Source of the DNA: a virus
DNA: 64,000 nucleotides
Direction: 5' to 3' (one strand)
Virus record (IMG/VR): IMGVR_UViG_3300038701_001470
Coordinates: 1,970-65,969 of that record
A program made the translations under genes and the position numbers. Shown here piece by piece: positions 1 through 8,709 of the stretch; the first letter of the stretch is position 1, and each line of letters starts with the position of its first letter. Below the pieces are notes generated by a model. That model was not told where the DNA came from, made no database searches, and was given only the letters and a program-made list of their open reading frames with translations.

Positions 1-26
1 ACGGGATAAAGATTCGTCTCGTCGCA

Positions 27-716
27 ATGATCCCGCGACACGACATGATCACTCATGCTTTTCGACGGAAGCTGGTTGAGGCCGGTGTCGAAATCCTCGA
101 GTTCGAGGCTCGAATGACTCGGGGAAAATCCCGGTTCGGAATCAAATACTACGGGCTTCGAGAACTGATGGCGCGTAAAGAAGCGGTTCGCTACACGATC
201 ATCGACACCGATGTTCTCTTTCTCGATTACCCGACGTTCGTAGGCCCTCAGATCGAAGCCCCGGTAATCACGATCCGATCAAATGGGAAGAAGGTTCGAG
301 GTCACCACAACCAGTTTTGGGATCATGCCTACGAGTGCGCTGAACTTCCCAGGCCGGAAAATGTCTGGACTCGATGCGCTCAGGTTCATCCTTTCATCCA
401 CGGTTGCTACCTTTCGGTTCACTCCAGTCAGAAAGAGCTCGTCGACGAGTGGGCCCGAATCTTCCCGAAGCTTCACAAGCGTCTCACTGGCCGGATGAGA
501 AATCATCTCGACGAGGTTGCAATGTCGATCTCGATTATGAAGGTCGTAGGAACCCGTTTTCTATTCAGCGATGAAGGCCGATACTGGCCGATGATCGAGA
601 AAGACATGAGAGGGAAGAAAGTCACAAAAACCCTTTCCGCGATCGCCCATTACAGTCACCGTCGACACGAGAAGATGAGAACCGATTTGAGGATCATCCG
701 GAATCAGACCAAATGA
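27..716 (+). CDS. putative glycosyltransferase (GT-A fold, GT8-like)
   Basis: DxD-type motif YTIIDTDVLF, HLDEVAMS (DQ/DE-like), late IAHY motif; 4-nt overlap with next gene. Confidence 0.55.
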   Translation: MIPRHDMITHAFRRKLVEAGVEILEFEARMTRGKSRFGIKYYGLRELMARKEAVRYTIIDTDVLFLDYPTFVGPQIEAPVITIRSNGKKVRGHHNQFWDHAYECAELPRPENVWTRCAQVHPFIHGCYLSVHSSQKELVDEWARIFPKLHKRLTGRMRNHLDEVAMSISIMKVVGTRFLFSDEGRYWPMIEKDMRGKKVTKTLSAIAHYSHRRHEKMRTDLRIIRNQTK

Positions 717-1231
717 AAGAGCGATTACTACTGCAGGAGGAACGGGAATGGAATGCCTTTCTCGAGTACCTCAAGGGCCAGGACATTCACAGCATTTTGG
801 AAATCGGCGCCGGGAAAGGTGGTTCGATCTCATCGCTCTGCAAAACGCTTCCGGTCGATCGAGCTTTGACCATCGACAAGGAAGTGAAGAATGGATGGTT
901 TCGGAAAGTCACGGATCACATTGTCGAGCTTCGCCGTCTCGGGGTTGACGCCCAGGTTCATTACGGAGACAGCCGGCATCCTGCTACAATAGCCCGTGCG
1001 GTGAACTCTGGCCCCTACGATCTCGTGTTCATCGACGCTGATCACAGCTACGAAGCAGTTCGTTCAGATTGGTGGAATTACGGCAAGTTGGGTCGGATCA
1101 TTGCTTTTCACGACGTTATCGGGCATCATACCGGAGTTCCGAAACTTTGGAGACGGGTATCGAAGACTCGAACGAGTCGCACCTTCGAGACACCGGGATC
1201 CAGAAAAGGCATCGGAGTGATTGAACAGTGA
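713..1231 (+). CDS. class I SAM-dependent methyltransferase (Methyltransf_24-like)
   Basis: ILEIGAGKGGS motif I; YDLVFIDADHSYEAV and IIAFHDV motifs. Confidence 0.85.
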   Translation: MKERLLLQEEREWNAFLEYLKGQDIHSILEIGAGKGGSISSLCKTLPVDRALTIDKEVKNGWFRKVTDHIVELRRLGVDAQVHYGDSRHPATIARAVNSGPYDLVFIDADHSYEAVRSDWWNYGKLGRIIAFHDVIGHHTGVPKLWRRVSKTRTSRTFETPGSRKGIGVIEQ

Positions 1232-1956
1232 GCGCAAAAAAGACAGCAGCGAAGAGGAAGGCCCCGGCGAAGAAAGCCGCGGCGACTCGGAAGCGTGCAG
1301 TCAAAAAGAAGGCCGCGAAGAAGCAGGCTACCGCGAAGAAGGTGACCACGAAAAAGGTTGCCCGGGCGGTGAAGAAAGTCGCGACGAAGAAAGCAGCGGA
1401 GGCCGGATTCGCGACGAGTCAGGAAACGCTTTCTCAGGCAATGGGGATCTCGCGATCAACCCTGAACCGATTGAAGCGAATCAAAGGTTGTCCCACTGCG
1501 ACGGCAGACGGCCGATACAAGATTTCCGACTTCGCCGACTTCTACCAGAAGCACAAAAAAGCGGATCCGGCAGACGAAGCGGAAGCCGCGGCGCGGAAAG
1601 AACTGCGTGAACTCGATCTCGAGAAGAAGAGACTCGAAGTTGCTGAGCGCCGGATGGAGTATGATCTCAAGCGAGGTTTGCTCATGGACGCTGAGGAAGT
1701 GAAGCAGGTTCTCGGCGAGGCTTTCGGAGGCATCACTCAGACGATGCGCGATTCCGAAACGGCGATCGCTCCACAGGTAGCCGGCTGCGAATACATCGAA
1801 GCTCTTGAGATTGTCCGGAACTCAAATCGTGAGGCGCTGAGTCGTTTCTCCCTCGGCGATTGGGCAAAAAAAAAAGCATTCTGGCGGAACATTTTTGCCG
1901 AATTGCAAGACCTCCAGACGACATTCAACCCTGGGAGTGGGCAGAACGTCACGTAA
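1228..1956 (+). CDS. terminase small subunit-like protein with Lys/Ala-rich histone-like N-terminus
   Basis: Directly upstream of terL; HTH-like SQETLSQAMGISRSTLNRL followed by coiled coil; first ~55 aa almost only K/A/T/V. Confidence 0.65.
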   Translation: MSAKKTAAKRKAPAKKAAATRKRAVKKKAAKKQATAKKVTTKKVARAVKKVATKKAAEAGFATSQETLSQAMGISRSTLNRLKRIKGCPTATADGRYKISDFADFYQKHKKADPADEAEAAARKELRELDLEKKRLEVAERRMEYDLKRGLLMDAEEVKQVLGEAFGGITQTMRDSETAIAPQVAGCEYIEALEIVRNSNREALSRFSLGDWAKKKAFWRNIFAELQDLQTTFNPGSGQNVT

Positions 1957-3695
1957 TTGTTCCCCGGCGAAACACTGGCGAGAATTGGGACTCGAAGCAG
2001 GCCCCGTTCGTTCGTCAGATCATGGAGGATTTCAAGAATCCGAACATCAACGAGATTACGTGCATGTGTTCGGCTCAGTCTGCGAAGACGGAAACGATCA
2101 TGGCGCTGGTTGCCTGGGTCATCGATCAAGATCCCGGCCCGATCCTTTGGGTGACGACGAACATGCAGGAAGCGAGAAAGTTCGCTCGAGCTCGTCTCAT
2201 GCCTCTTCTCGAAAAATGCGGCCCGATCATCGACAAGATGCCAGCCGGCCGATACGACAAAACGACGACGGCCATTTATTTCCCGGGCGCTCCGCTTTTC
2301 ATCGTCGGTGCCGACTCCCCGGCCGCATTGCAGTCGACTCCGTTCCGATACATCTTTCTCGATGAGGTCAGATCGTGGAAGGAAGGCGCTCTGGAAATGG
2401 TTTCCAAGCGTGTTCGATCGTTCCCTCACAGCTACAAGAAGGTCGTAGTCTCAACGCCGGCGAAACAGGGCGATCATTTGCACCGTGCGTTCATGGCCGG
2501 GACTCAGAACGAGTGGCACGTGAAGTGCCCGGAGTGCGGGAACGAACACGCTCTCGAATGGGGAGACGAAAAGACACCTGGGGGCGTGAAATGGGACAGA
2601 ACGGAAGTCACAAAAGTGAACGGCGAGTATGATTACGAGGAATTGCTGAAAACGATTCGATACGAGTGCTGGAATTGCGATTACTCGTGGAGAGACACGC
2701 CGCGGGAGAGGAAGCAGCTCGCGAAACTCGGGCGATGGGTGCCTCAGAACGACAGGGCCCCGAAGAATGTGACGAGTTACACTTGGAATGCCGTCCTTCC
2801 ATGGTGGGCAAGTCTGAAAATGCAGGTTCGAGAAGGTCTGGACGCATTCAGAGCACTCAGTTTCGGCGCTTGGCAACCTCTCCGCGATCATCTGACGGAA
2901 ACGCGGGGGCAAATTTGGTCTGATGAGTACCGGTACCGCCAGAACAACGCGATCCTCGAGGACAGAACCACTGATTACTCTCCGACCGATCACGAGGCCA
3001 TGTCGAAAGCCCTGGGACGATGGGGAACGATTCAGATCCCGCTGAAAGTCGGTGATTTCAACGAAGTGAAGCGGATCATGAGCATCGACGTCCAAGGAAA
3101 GGGCGGTCGCCACTACTACACCGTGATTCGAGCGCACGAAATGGGCGGTCGGAGTCGATTACTCCACAATGAGAAGATTTGGAACGCCGATGAGATTCGC
3201 GGCCTGCAGCGAGACTGGAATGTGAACCCTGACGACGTAATTTTCGACGCCGCGCACTACTCGGATGAGATTTACCAGCTCATTCTCGCCTCGGGCGGGA
3301 AGTGGAAGGCTTTCAGGGGAGACAAGCGAGAGCATTTCAAGGTCGTGGGCTCGGACGGTAAGACGTACGAGCAGATGTGGACGAAAACCTACGCGGATCC
3401 AGCAATCGGAACTCACATGGAGGGACGGGTCGGAAAAATCCCGCTTTGGCTCTTCTCGAAGCCGACGACGATCGAGCGTCTTCAAAATCTCATCAGTGGA
3501 GTCATGCCTGGGTGGGAGATGCACGAAGACGCCGACGATGACTACCGAACTCAGGTGAATTCCTACTATCTCCACGAGTTTTTCGATACGAAGGGAAATC
3601 GATGCCTCGAATGGCGGTTCCGCGGGGATAACCACTACGCCGACTGCGAAAGGATGCAGATCGCGGCCCAAGACATCACGGGGCTGATTAACTGA
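1860..3695 (+). CDS. terL: terminase large subunit (lambda GpA family)
   Basis: RPPDDIQPWEWAE N-terminus, SAQSAKTE Walker A variant, YIFLDEV Walker B, VVVSTP motif, CPECG and CWNC Zn sites, IDVQ nuclease motif, NHYADC; start codon uncertain (TTG). Confidence 0.93.
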   Translation: MGKKKSILAEHFCRIARPPDDIQPWEWAERHVIVPRRNTGENWDSKQAPFVRQIMEDFKNPNINEITCMCSAQSAKTETIMALVAWVIDQDPGPILWVTTNMQEARKFARARLMPLLEKCGPIIDKMPAGRYDKTTTAIYFPGAPLFIVGADSPAALQSTPFRYIFLDEVRSWKEGALEMVSKRVRSFPHSYKKVVVSTPAKQGDHLHRAFMAGTQNEWHVKCPECGNEHALEWGDEKTPGGVKWDRTEVTKVNGEYDYEELLKTIRYECWNCDYSWRDTPRERKQLAKLGRWVPQNDRAPKNVTSYTWNAVLPWWASLKMQVREGLDAFRALSFGAWQPLRDHLTETRGQIWSDEYRYRQNNAILEDRTTDYSPTDHEAMSKALGRWGTIQIPLKVGDFNEVKRIMSIDVQGKGGRHYYTVIRAHEMGGRSRLLHNEKIWNADEIRGLQRDWNVNPDDVIFDAAHYSDEIYQLILASGGKWKAFRGDKREHFKVVGSDGKTYEQMWTKTYADPAIGTHMEGRVGKIPLWLFSKPTTIERLQNLISGVMPGWEMHEDADDDYRTQVNSYYLHEFFDTKGNRCLEWRFRGDNHYADCERMQIAAQDITGLIN

Positions 3696-3710
3696 TCCTT
3701 ATCGTAAGGA
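3696..3710. repeat. variant of dispersed palindrome (1-nt insertion)
   Basis: TCCTTATCGTAAGGA. Confidence 0.6.
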
Positions 3711-3719
3711 GAAGAGCAC

Positions 3720-3750
3720 AAAAAAAGGCCACCCCCTTTCGGGAGTGGCC
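3720..3750 (-). terminator. intrinsic terminator between convergent terL and early module
   Basis: GGCCAC-CCC/GGG-A-GTGGCC stem with A7 on the left (U-tract on - strand). Confidence 0.75.
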
Positions 3751-3777
3751 AATTACGCAATCTTTGCTCTCACAAGC

Positions 3778-4533
3778 TTAGACGTCCTGATCATAGGGCT
3801 TTCTGTCCGGAGAATCAAGCCCGCCTTGAATGATTTTCATCAATTCTTCGTCACTGGTTTCGTCGATGCAGTCGCAAAGCAGATAGTAGCTCTCAGTCGG
3901 ACACGCTTTCTTCGCAGCGGTCTCGAGAGCATGTCGATTCAGGATTCCGACGCTCTTTCCCTCGATGGCGACGGCCAGATCGAAGGCCGCGTAGAGATTC
4001 GATGCGGTTTCGGGCTCAGCCATCATGTTTTCATCCTCACGGGACAGGAAGCTGACATCGCATTGAGTGTTGGGTGTGTCCGGGATCGAAGGGTCTCCAG
4101 ACTCGGTTATCATGACCTTTCCCCACACGTATTCCTTCTCGAAGGCGTCGCATCCCCCGCCAGTTTCGATTTTCGAGAATCCGTAACGCTGAGCGATCCG
4201 GGTAGTCGTTTCTTCGTGTCCGGATCGGTATAGAGCGATCTTTTTGAGAACCAGAGAGACGATATTGTCTCTTTCGAGCTCTTGAGGGTAAAACCAAGCG
4301 ATCGGGGCGATTTCGAGGTCTGCCAGTCCGGTTTGGGGCGTCCAGTCTTTGCTGGCAATCTCTTCGACGAAAGATTTCTCGTGAAGAACTCCCAACGGGT
4401 CTTGTTTCTTGTCTCCCAAGCAAATCGCGTAGTCTCCGACGCAAAAGCTCAACGGATCGGTTTTCATGCACTGAAATCCGGCCGCGATGAGGCGATCGCC
4501 ACATTCTTTGATCAGATCTATCCGATTGCTCAT
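3778..4533 (-). CDS. hypothetical protein
   Basis: 251-aa ORF, ATG start, overlaps upstream gene by 4 nt; no motif recognised. Confidence 0.7.
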   Translation of the reverse strand: MSNRIDLIKECGDRLIAAGFQCMKTDPLSFCVGDYAICLGDKKQDPLGVLHEKSFVEEIASKDWTPQTGLADLEIAPIAWFYPQELERDNIVSLVLKKIALYRSGHEETTTRIAQRYGFSKIETGGGCDAFEKEYVWGKVMITESGDPSIPDTPNTQCDVSFLSREDENMMAEPETASNLYAAFDLAVAIEGKSVGILNRHALETAAKKACPTESYYLLCDCIDETSDEELMKIIQGGLDSPDRKPYDQDV

Positions 4534-4913
4534 GAGGTCGATTCAGGGGTTTCAGTGACGAGCTTTTCGGCGAGTTCATCGCTGATTTTCAGATATTCGC
4601 CACATTCCATGCAGTAGACTCGAACTGATTCATTTTCCGGGTCGAGATTGCCGTCGAACTCGATATTTCGCTCGATATGCTGATCGTCGTAGATGGTGAC
4701 GTCGACGGCGCTCGTCATCGTCTCTTTGCCTTCGCAATGAGGGCATTCTTCTGGAATTTCGGTAATTGGAGTCATGGATTTGTTGGTATGGGTGGAAATG
4801 ATGGATTTGATTTGGTGGATGGCTGAATCGGCCTCTGCGACTTTCTCGGGGTTTTCCGGATCGTCGCAGAGGCAAGTGAAGAGGTCGGTTAGCAGAGTTT
4901 CGAGCTGATCCAT
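4530..4913 (-). CDS. hypothetical protein with Zn-ribbon-like CxxC pairs
   Basis: Start moved to ATG 4913 (TAATG coupling to upstream stop); CPHC and CMEC motifs. Confidence 0.6.
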   Translation of the reverse strand: MDQLETLLTDLFTCLCDDPENPEKVAEADSAIHQIKSIISTHTNKSMTPITEIPEECPHCEGKETMTSAVDVTIYDDQHIERNIEFDGNLDPENESVRVYCMECGEYLKISDELAEKLVTETPESTS

Positions 4914-6082
4914 TATTCGACGGGTAGAACCTCGCCGAAAGGGGCGGTGTGAACGGATGAGTAGGAGGCCCACAGCGTAGGGTATGACGGCGGCTCATCC
5001 GGGAACGAACCGTACATGTCGGTGAGATAGATTAGGCAGGCCGGTGTGATCGCGTTCTTCTCGACGTAGTTGAACACCGGCTCGAAAGCGGTTCCGCCTC
5101 CCCCGGTGAAAGTCATCTGAACTTCATCGCCTCGCTCGAACGTCACGCATTGATGCACACGGGCGTCACAATCGATCAGATGGAGCGCGGAGGGCTGGCA
5201 GTCGTCAAAGATGCTGCGAACCTCAGCCATGAAGCGAGCGAGCATGTCAGCGCCGATAGATCCGGAGGTGTCGATGGCAACGACGACTTCTCCGAGAGCA
5301 TCGCCGTCGAGAGCCGGCAGAATGATCCGGCCTTGAGTCGCGGCCATGATTGACTTGTTCGGACGCACCCAGGAGTAGTCGTTCTGAACACGATCTTCCA
5401 CGAACTGTCGGAGAAGAACTTTCCACGGGAGTTCGGGCTCGAAGATCTCTTCGACGAGTCGCTTGAGGGTGGACGGCATATCGCCGCGCATCTTTTGGGC
5501 GATCGCGGCCTGTTGGACGTTGGCTTGCCACTTCGCCTCGAGCTCAGCCTGTTCCGCGTCGTCGGTAGCGGGAGTCGGAAGAATCTCGCCCGGGCCACAC
5601 GGGGCATCGTCATCGCCGTCTCCCCCGCTACCTTTCGGAGATTCGGGCGGATCCGGAATGCGGTTGTAGATGGCTTCCATGGCGAGGTCATCCCACTCGT
5701 GATTGATCAACGGCGGGAACTTCTGAGGCCAGGGGAATGTCCCGGCGCCAACTTCGGTATTCATGCTGTCGAGGCGATTGTTGATCGCGTAGTCAGCGGC
5801 CATGTTCGCCTTCTTGTGATTGAGCGAACGGTTTTGCATTCGGAAGCAGTGACCAAGGGCGCAATGAAGAACCTCATGGGCGATGATCGTTTTCAGTTCG
5901 CCGTCACTGAGTGAATCGACGAATGACGGATTGAAAAGCAGGTGAACTGCATCGGTCGCCATCGTCGGGATTTCGCGTGATTCGACGAGCTTGAGCTGGC
6001 ACGAAAGCACTCCGAAGAAAGGATGGTCGAGAACCAGCTGACATCGCTGATTGATGATTCGGGATTTAGAGTCGCTGTCCAT
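4913..6082 (-). CDS. putative metallopeptidase plus VWA domain protein (DUF2201-like)
   Basis: PTMATD, AHEVLH (HExxH), VAIDTSGS (MIDAS DxSxS), GGGGTAF, YLTDMYG. Confidence 0.88.
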   Translation of the reverse strand: MDSDSKSRIINQRCQLVLDHPFFGVLSCQLKLVESREIPTMATDAVHLLFNPSFVDSLSDGELKTIIAHEVLHCALGHCFRMQNRSLNHKKANMAADYAINNRLDSMNTEVGAGTFPWPQKFPPLINHEWDDLAMEAIYNRIPDPPESPKGSGGDGDDDAPCGPGEILPTPATDDAEQAELEAKWQANVQQAAIAQKMRGDMPSTLKRLVEEIFEPELPWKVLLRQFVEDRVQNDYSWVRPNKSIMAATQGRIILPALDGDALGEVVVAIDTSGSIGADMLARFMAEVRSIFDDCQPSALHLIDCDARVHQCVTFERGDEVQMTFTGGGGTAFEPVFNYVEKNAITPACLIYLTDMYGSFPDEPPSYPTLWASYSSVHTAPFGEVLPVE

Positions 6083-6443
6083 TTGGAAGAATTGGTTTGG
6101 AATTGCCTGTGGCCCGTTGAAGGCCGATGGTCTTGAGGATGAAATCGGTGGTTTCGTCGAACGTCATTTTGGTGACGTCGGCGGTTTGCTTGGTCTTGAG
6201 AACGACGTGGAAATACACGTTCTCAGTTTCCCAATAGAAGAGTTCGGTGCCAGTGGTGGAACCGATTTGCCAGTGAGTCAGCTTTTGAAACTGGTCGGGG
6301 AGAAGTTCGTTATCTACTCGCAGATCGAGAAAGAACTGCTGAACGAGACTTGTGATGGTGGGAATGACGAGACCCTCCTGAAAGCCAGGAAGGTCTCGCG
6401 CCAATGTCACCTTGGGGTAGGTGTCTTTGGACTTACCACTCAT
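6066..6443 (-). CDS. hypothetical protein
   Basis: 125-aa ORF coupled between AAA and VWA genes. Confidence 0.6.
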   Translation of the reverse strand: MSGKSKDTYPKVTLARDLPGFQEGLVIPTITSLVQQFFLDLRVDNELLPDQFQKLTHWQIGSTTGTELFYWETENVYFHVVLKTKQTADVTKMTFDETTDFILKTIGLQRATGNSKPILPNGQRL

Positions 6444-7567
6444 CCACCTGTATAAATCTCTTGGTTCGCTGAAACGTGGTTCAGGAATGCGCGAGTCTCG
6501 CAGATCTCGTCATTTGCCAGTTGGAAGGCATTTGAAGCGCCGATCTCGAACTCCTTTGGAAAGCGGGCGATGTAGGTGTAGGCCGCGGGAGCTGTGTCGG
6601 GAGTGACACGACGGGCCAGCGCCATGCTGAGAGCGTAGATCTTGTCCAGCTCATCGGGGCGAGGGCACTCCGTTCCGTTCGGATCTTTGAAGATGTCGTC
6701 GATGTCCGGAAGCTTCTCGAAGAGAGAGAGGTAGGCGTAGATCTCGGAGCCAACGGCCTCGCCGACAGCTGCCTGAACGATGTCGAGTTCGATCTTGCTG
6801 GTTTCGGTCTCATACCAGGCGTCCATGAGGTCGGAGAGGATATGAGCCGTGCGAGGGCAACAATACGGTGTGTCTTGCTCCCACTTTGCAGGATCGAAGC
6901 TCATGAGCGTTTCCGGCCGGAACTTGAAGAACGCGATCAGGCGCTCGTCGATTCCGAAAGGCATAGCCCACTCGACCCACTGATCGACGGACACTTCGAG
7001 TTGAAGGTGCCAGTAGCGGGACACGAGAGGCGATGGCATCCGAGAGACGACGCCTTTGTCGCCGAGGCGGTTACCGGTAGCGACCATGAACCAGCCATCG
7101 GCGATTGGCTCGCCGTTGATCTCGCGATCGAGCATGACCTGATACGTCGCTGCCTGAACTGCAGGAGGGGCGCTCGGAAGCTCTTCAAAGTTCCACTCGC
7201 CTTGAGCGGGAACGTGGCCGGCATCGACATTGCGCTGCAACGGGAATTGCCCGGGAGGGAGCCAGTAGCTCATCTGCTTTTCGAGGTCGACCGCGGGAAA
7301 GCCCTTGAGGTCGGTAGGGTCGAAGTAGAGAACACGGGAGTCGATGTAGCCGTAGGCGTTCTCGAGTTCGTCACCTGATACGTTGCCGATCATGTGAGGG
7401 CGCCACAGGATTCCGCCGAGTTGCTTCGCTCGCATTTCAGCGTGTGCCTTGAAAATATCGGACTTGCCGATACCGGGCCCGCCTCGAATGATCATCGGGC
7501 GTTTCGCCTTCTCTGCGAGGATGAGACGGCGCTTGAGTTTGGTTGGAGATACAGTTGGAAGTGCCAT
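6440..7567 (-). CDS. AAA+ ATPase (MoxR/AAA_5-like)
   Basis: GGPGIGKS Walker A, NFEEL Walker B variant, VATGNR sensor 1, PLVSRY arginine-finger region; adjacent VWA partner. Confidence 0.88.
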   Translation of the reverse strand: MALPTVSPTKLKRRLILAEKAKRPMIIRGGPGIGKSDIFKAHAEMRAKQLGGILWRPHMIGNVSGDELENAYGYIDSRVLYFDPTDLKGFPAVDLEKQMSYWLPPGQFPLQRNVDAGHVPAQGEWNFEELPSAPPAVQAATYQVMLDREINGEPIADGWFMVATGNRLGDKGVVSRMPSPLVSRYWHLQLEVSVDQWVEWAMPFGIDERLIAFFKFRPETLMSFDPAKWEQDTPYCCPRTAHILSDLMDAWYETETSKIELDIVQAAVGEAVGSEIYAYLSLFEKLPDIDDIFKDPNGTECPRPDELDKIYALSMALARRVTPDTAPAAYTYIARFPKEFEIGASNAFQLANDEICETRAFLNHVSANQEIYTGG

Positions 7568-7597
7568 TGTAGTATTGGATTTGTGGGTTTCTGAGAA

Positions 7598-7613
7598 TTC
7601 CTTACGTAAGGAA
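7598..7613. repeat. dispersed palindrome copy
   Basis: TTCCTTACGTAAGGAA. Confidence 0.95.
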
Positions 7614-7745
7614 ATTGAGAAGTTTGAGTAGTTGAATCAGCTGGCGACGAGTGGCTACCGGCTGGTTGTCTGAGTCGTAGAGATTTTCGTTGTCGTCGTT
7701 GCTCAGGTGATTTTCTATGAGTGCTTTGAGAACTTTGGGATCCAT
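7602..7745 (-). CDS. small hypothetical protein (47 aa; not in ORF track)
   Basis: ATG coupled to upstream TAA (TAATG at 7743-7747); MDPKVLKALIENHL...LLKLLNFLT; stop codon lies inside the palindrome at 7598. Confidence 0.45.
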   Translation of the reverse strand: MDPKVLKALIENHLSNDDNENLYDSDNQPVATRRQLIQLLKLLNFLT

Positions 7746-8596
7746 TATGCCGCGGGGAAAAGTGACTGGAGGTTCTCAAGATGCTGATCGACACGTTTCG
7801 CAACGGTGCCTCGAAGCTGCTTGTCAGATCGAAGCTGATCGGCATCGAAGAGGGTGACGTTCTTCTGGAGCGCATCTGCGATCTCGAGAAGCTTCTTGTT
7901 CCCCGTGATGTTCAGATCGGGAAGAACCTTGATGATACCGCGAAGATTCTCGACGAGAGAGTCGCGAAAGACGGCATCCGGATCCCCCAGGCGATCGGCC
8001 ATGTCGGAGAGCGGTTTCGAGAGACGTTCGAGAAGATCGTTGACCGCGGCTTGCTCAGCGGCTTGCAACTTACCATTCAGGCTCTCTTCCATCTCTTCGA
8101 GCTCACGCTGAGAGACATCGATCCGGAAGTCACCGGAAGCAGGAACAGGAGCGTTGTCCCACCGGAATTGAAACTTGTCGGCGATCGTTGTGTCGCTCGG
8201 ATAATTCGAGTCGTCGAACAGATCTCCGAGGGTGCGACGGGCCTCAGCAACGTGAGAGTTGTAGGAGGAAACGAAGGCACAAACTTCCGTCTCGCGGCGA
8301 GCTTTGAACTTCCGCATCTCAGTCGAATAGTCGAGGAACTTCTTGCTCGGAAGCAATCGGGCTCCGCTATCAGACCAGGCGAGAGTGTGTTCGTAATGAA
8401 ACCGGCGAATCTCGCCGTCGAGTTTGGAGATTTTCTCCATCGCGCCGGCTGGAAGCAGATTGGTTTGCCAGCGTCCAGCATCGCCGGATGCTTTCTTGTT
8501 CTGGATGACTTCGGCAGTCGCTTTCTTGTCGAGGCGTTTGGCCGTGAATTTTGTCAGATGAACTGACACGAGTAATGCTCTATCTTGGAGTGACAT
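7745..8596 (-). CDS. conserved phage helical protein (DUF3150-like)
   Basis: ALLVSV, FRDSLVENL and LPDLNITG motifs recalled from proteins encoded next to phage AAA/VWA pairs. Confidence 0.55.
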   Translation of the reverse strand: MSLQDRALLVSVHLTKFTAKRLDKKATAEVIQNKKASGDAGRWQTNLLPAGAMEKISKLDGEIRRFHYEHTLAWSDSGARLLPSKKFLDYSTEMRKFKARRETEVCAFVSSYNSHVAEARRTLGDLFDDSNYPSDTTIADKFQFRWDNAPVPASGDFRIDVSQRELEEMEESLNGKLQAAEQAAVNDLLERLSKPLSDMADRLGDPDAVFRDSLVENLRGIIKVLPDLNITGNKKLLEIADALQKNVTLFDADQLRSDKQLRGTVAKRVDQHLENLQSLFPAA

Positions 8597-8619
8597 GGTG
8601 TTATACAGTTGGGTTTGAG

Positions 8620-8635
8620 TTCCTTACGTAAGGAA
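8620..8635. repeat. dispersed palindrome copy
   Basis: TTCCTTACGTAAGGAA. Confidence 0.95.
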
Positions 8636-8646
8636 AAGAGGGCATG

Positions 8647-8677
8647 AAAAAGCCGGGGAGGAAAACCAACCCCGGCT
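8647..8677 (-). terminator. intrinsic terminator after clamp gene
   Basis: GCCGGGG/CCCCGGC stem with A5 on the left. Confidence 0.65.
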
Positions 8678-8695
8678 CATCTATTACCGATTTGA

Positions 8696-8709
8696 GGTTC
8701 AATTATTCG
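8696..8709 (-). promoter_or_regulatory. conserved early-region element CGAATAATTGAACC
   Basis: Exact 14-mer, followed on - strand by N5-TCGGTAATAG. Confidence 0.6.
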
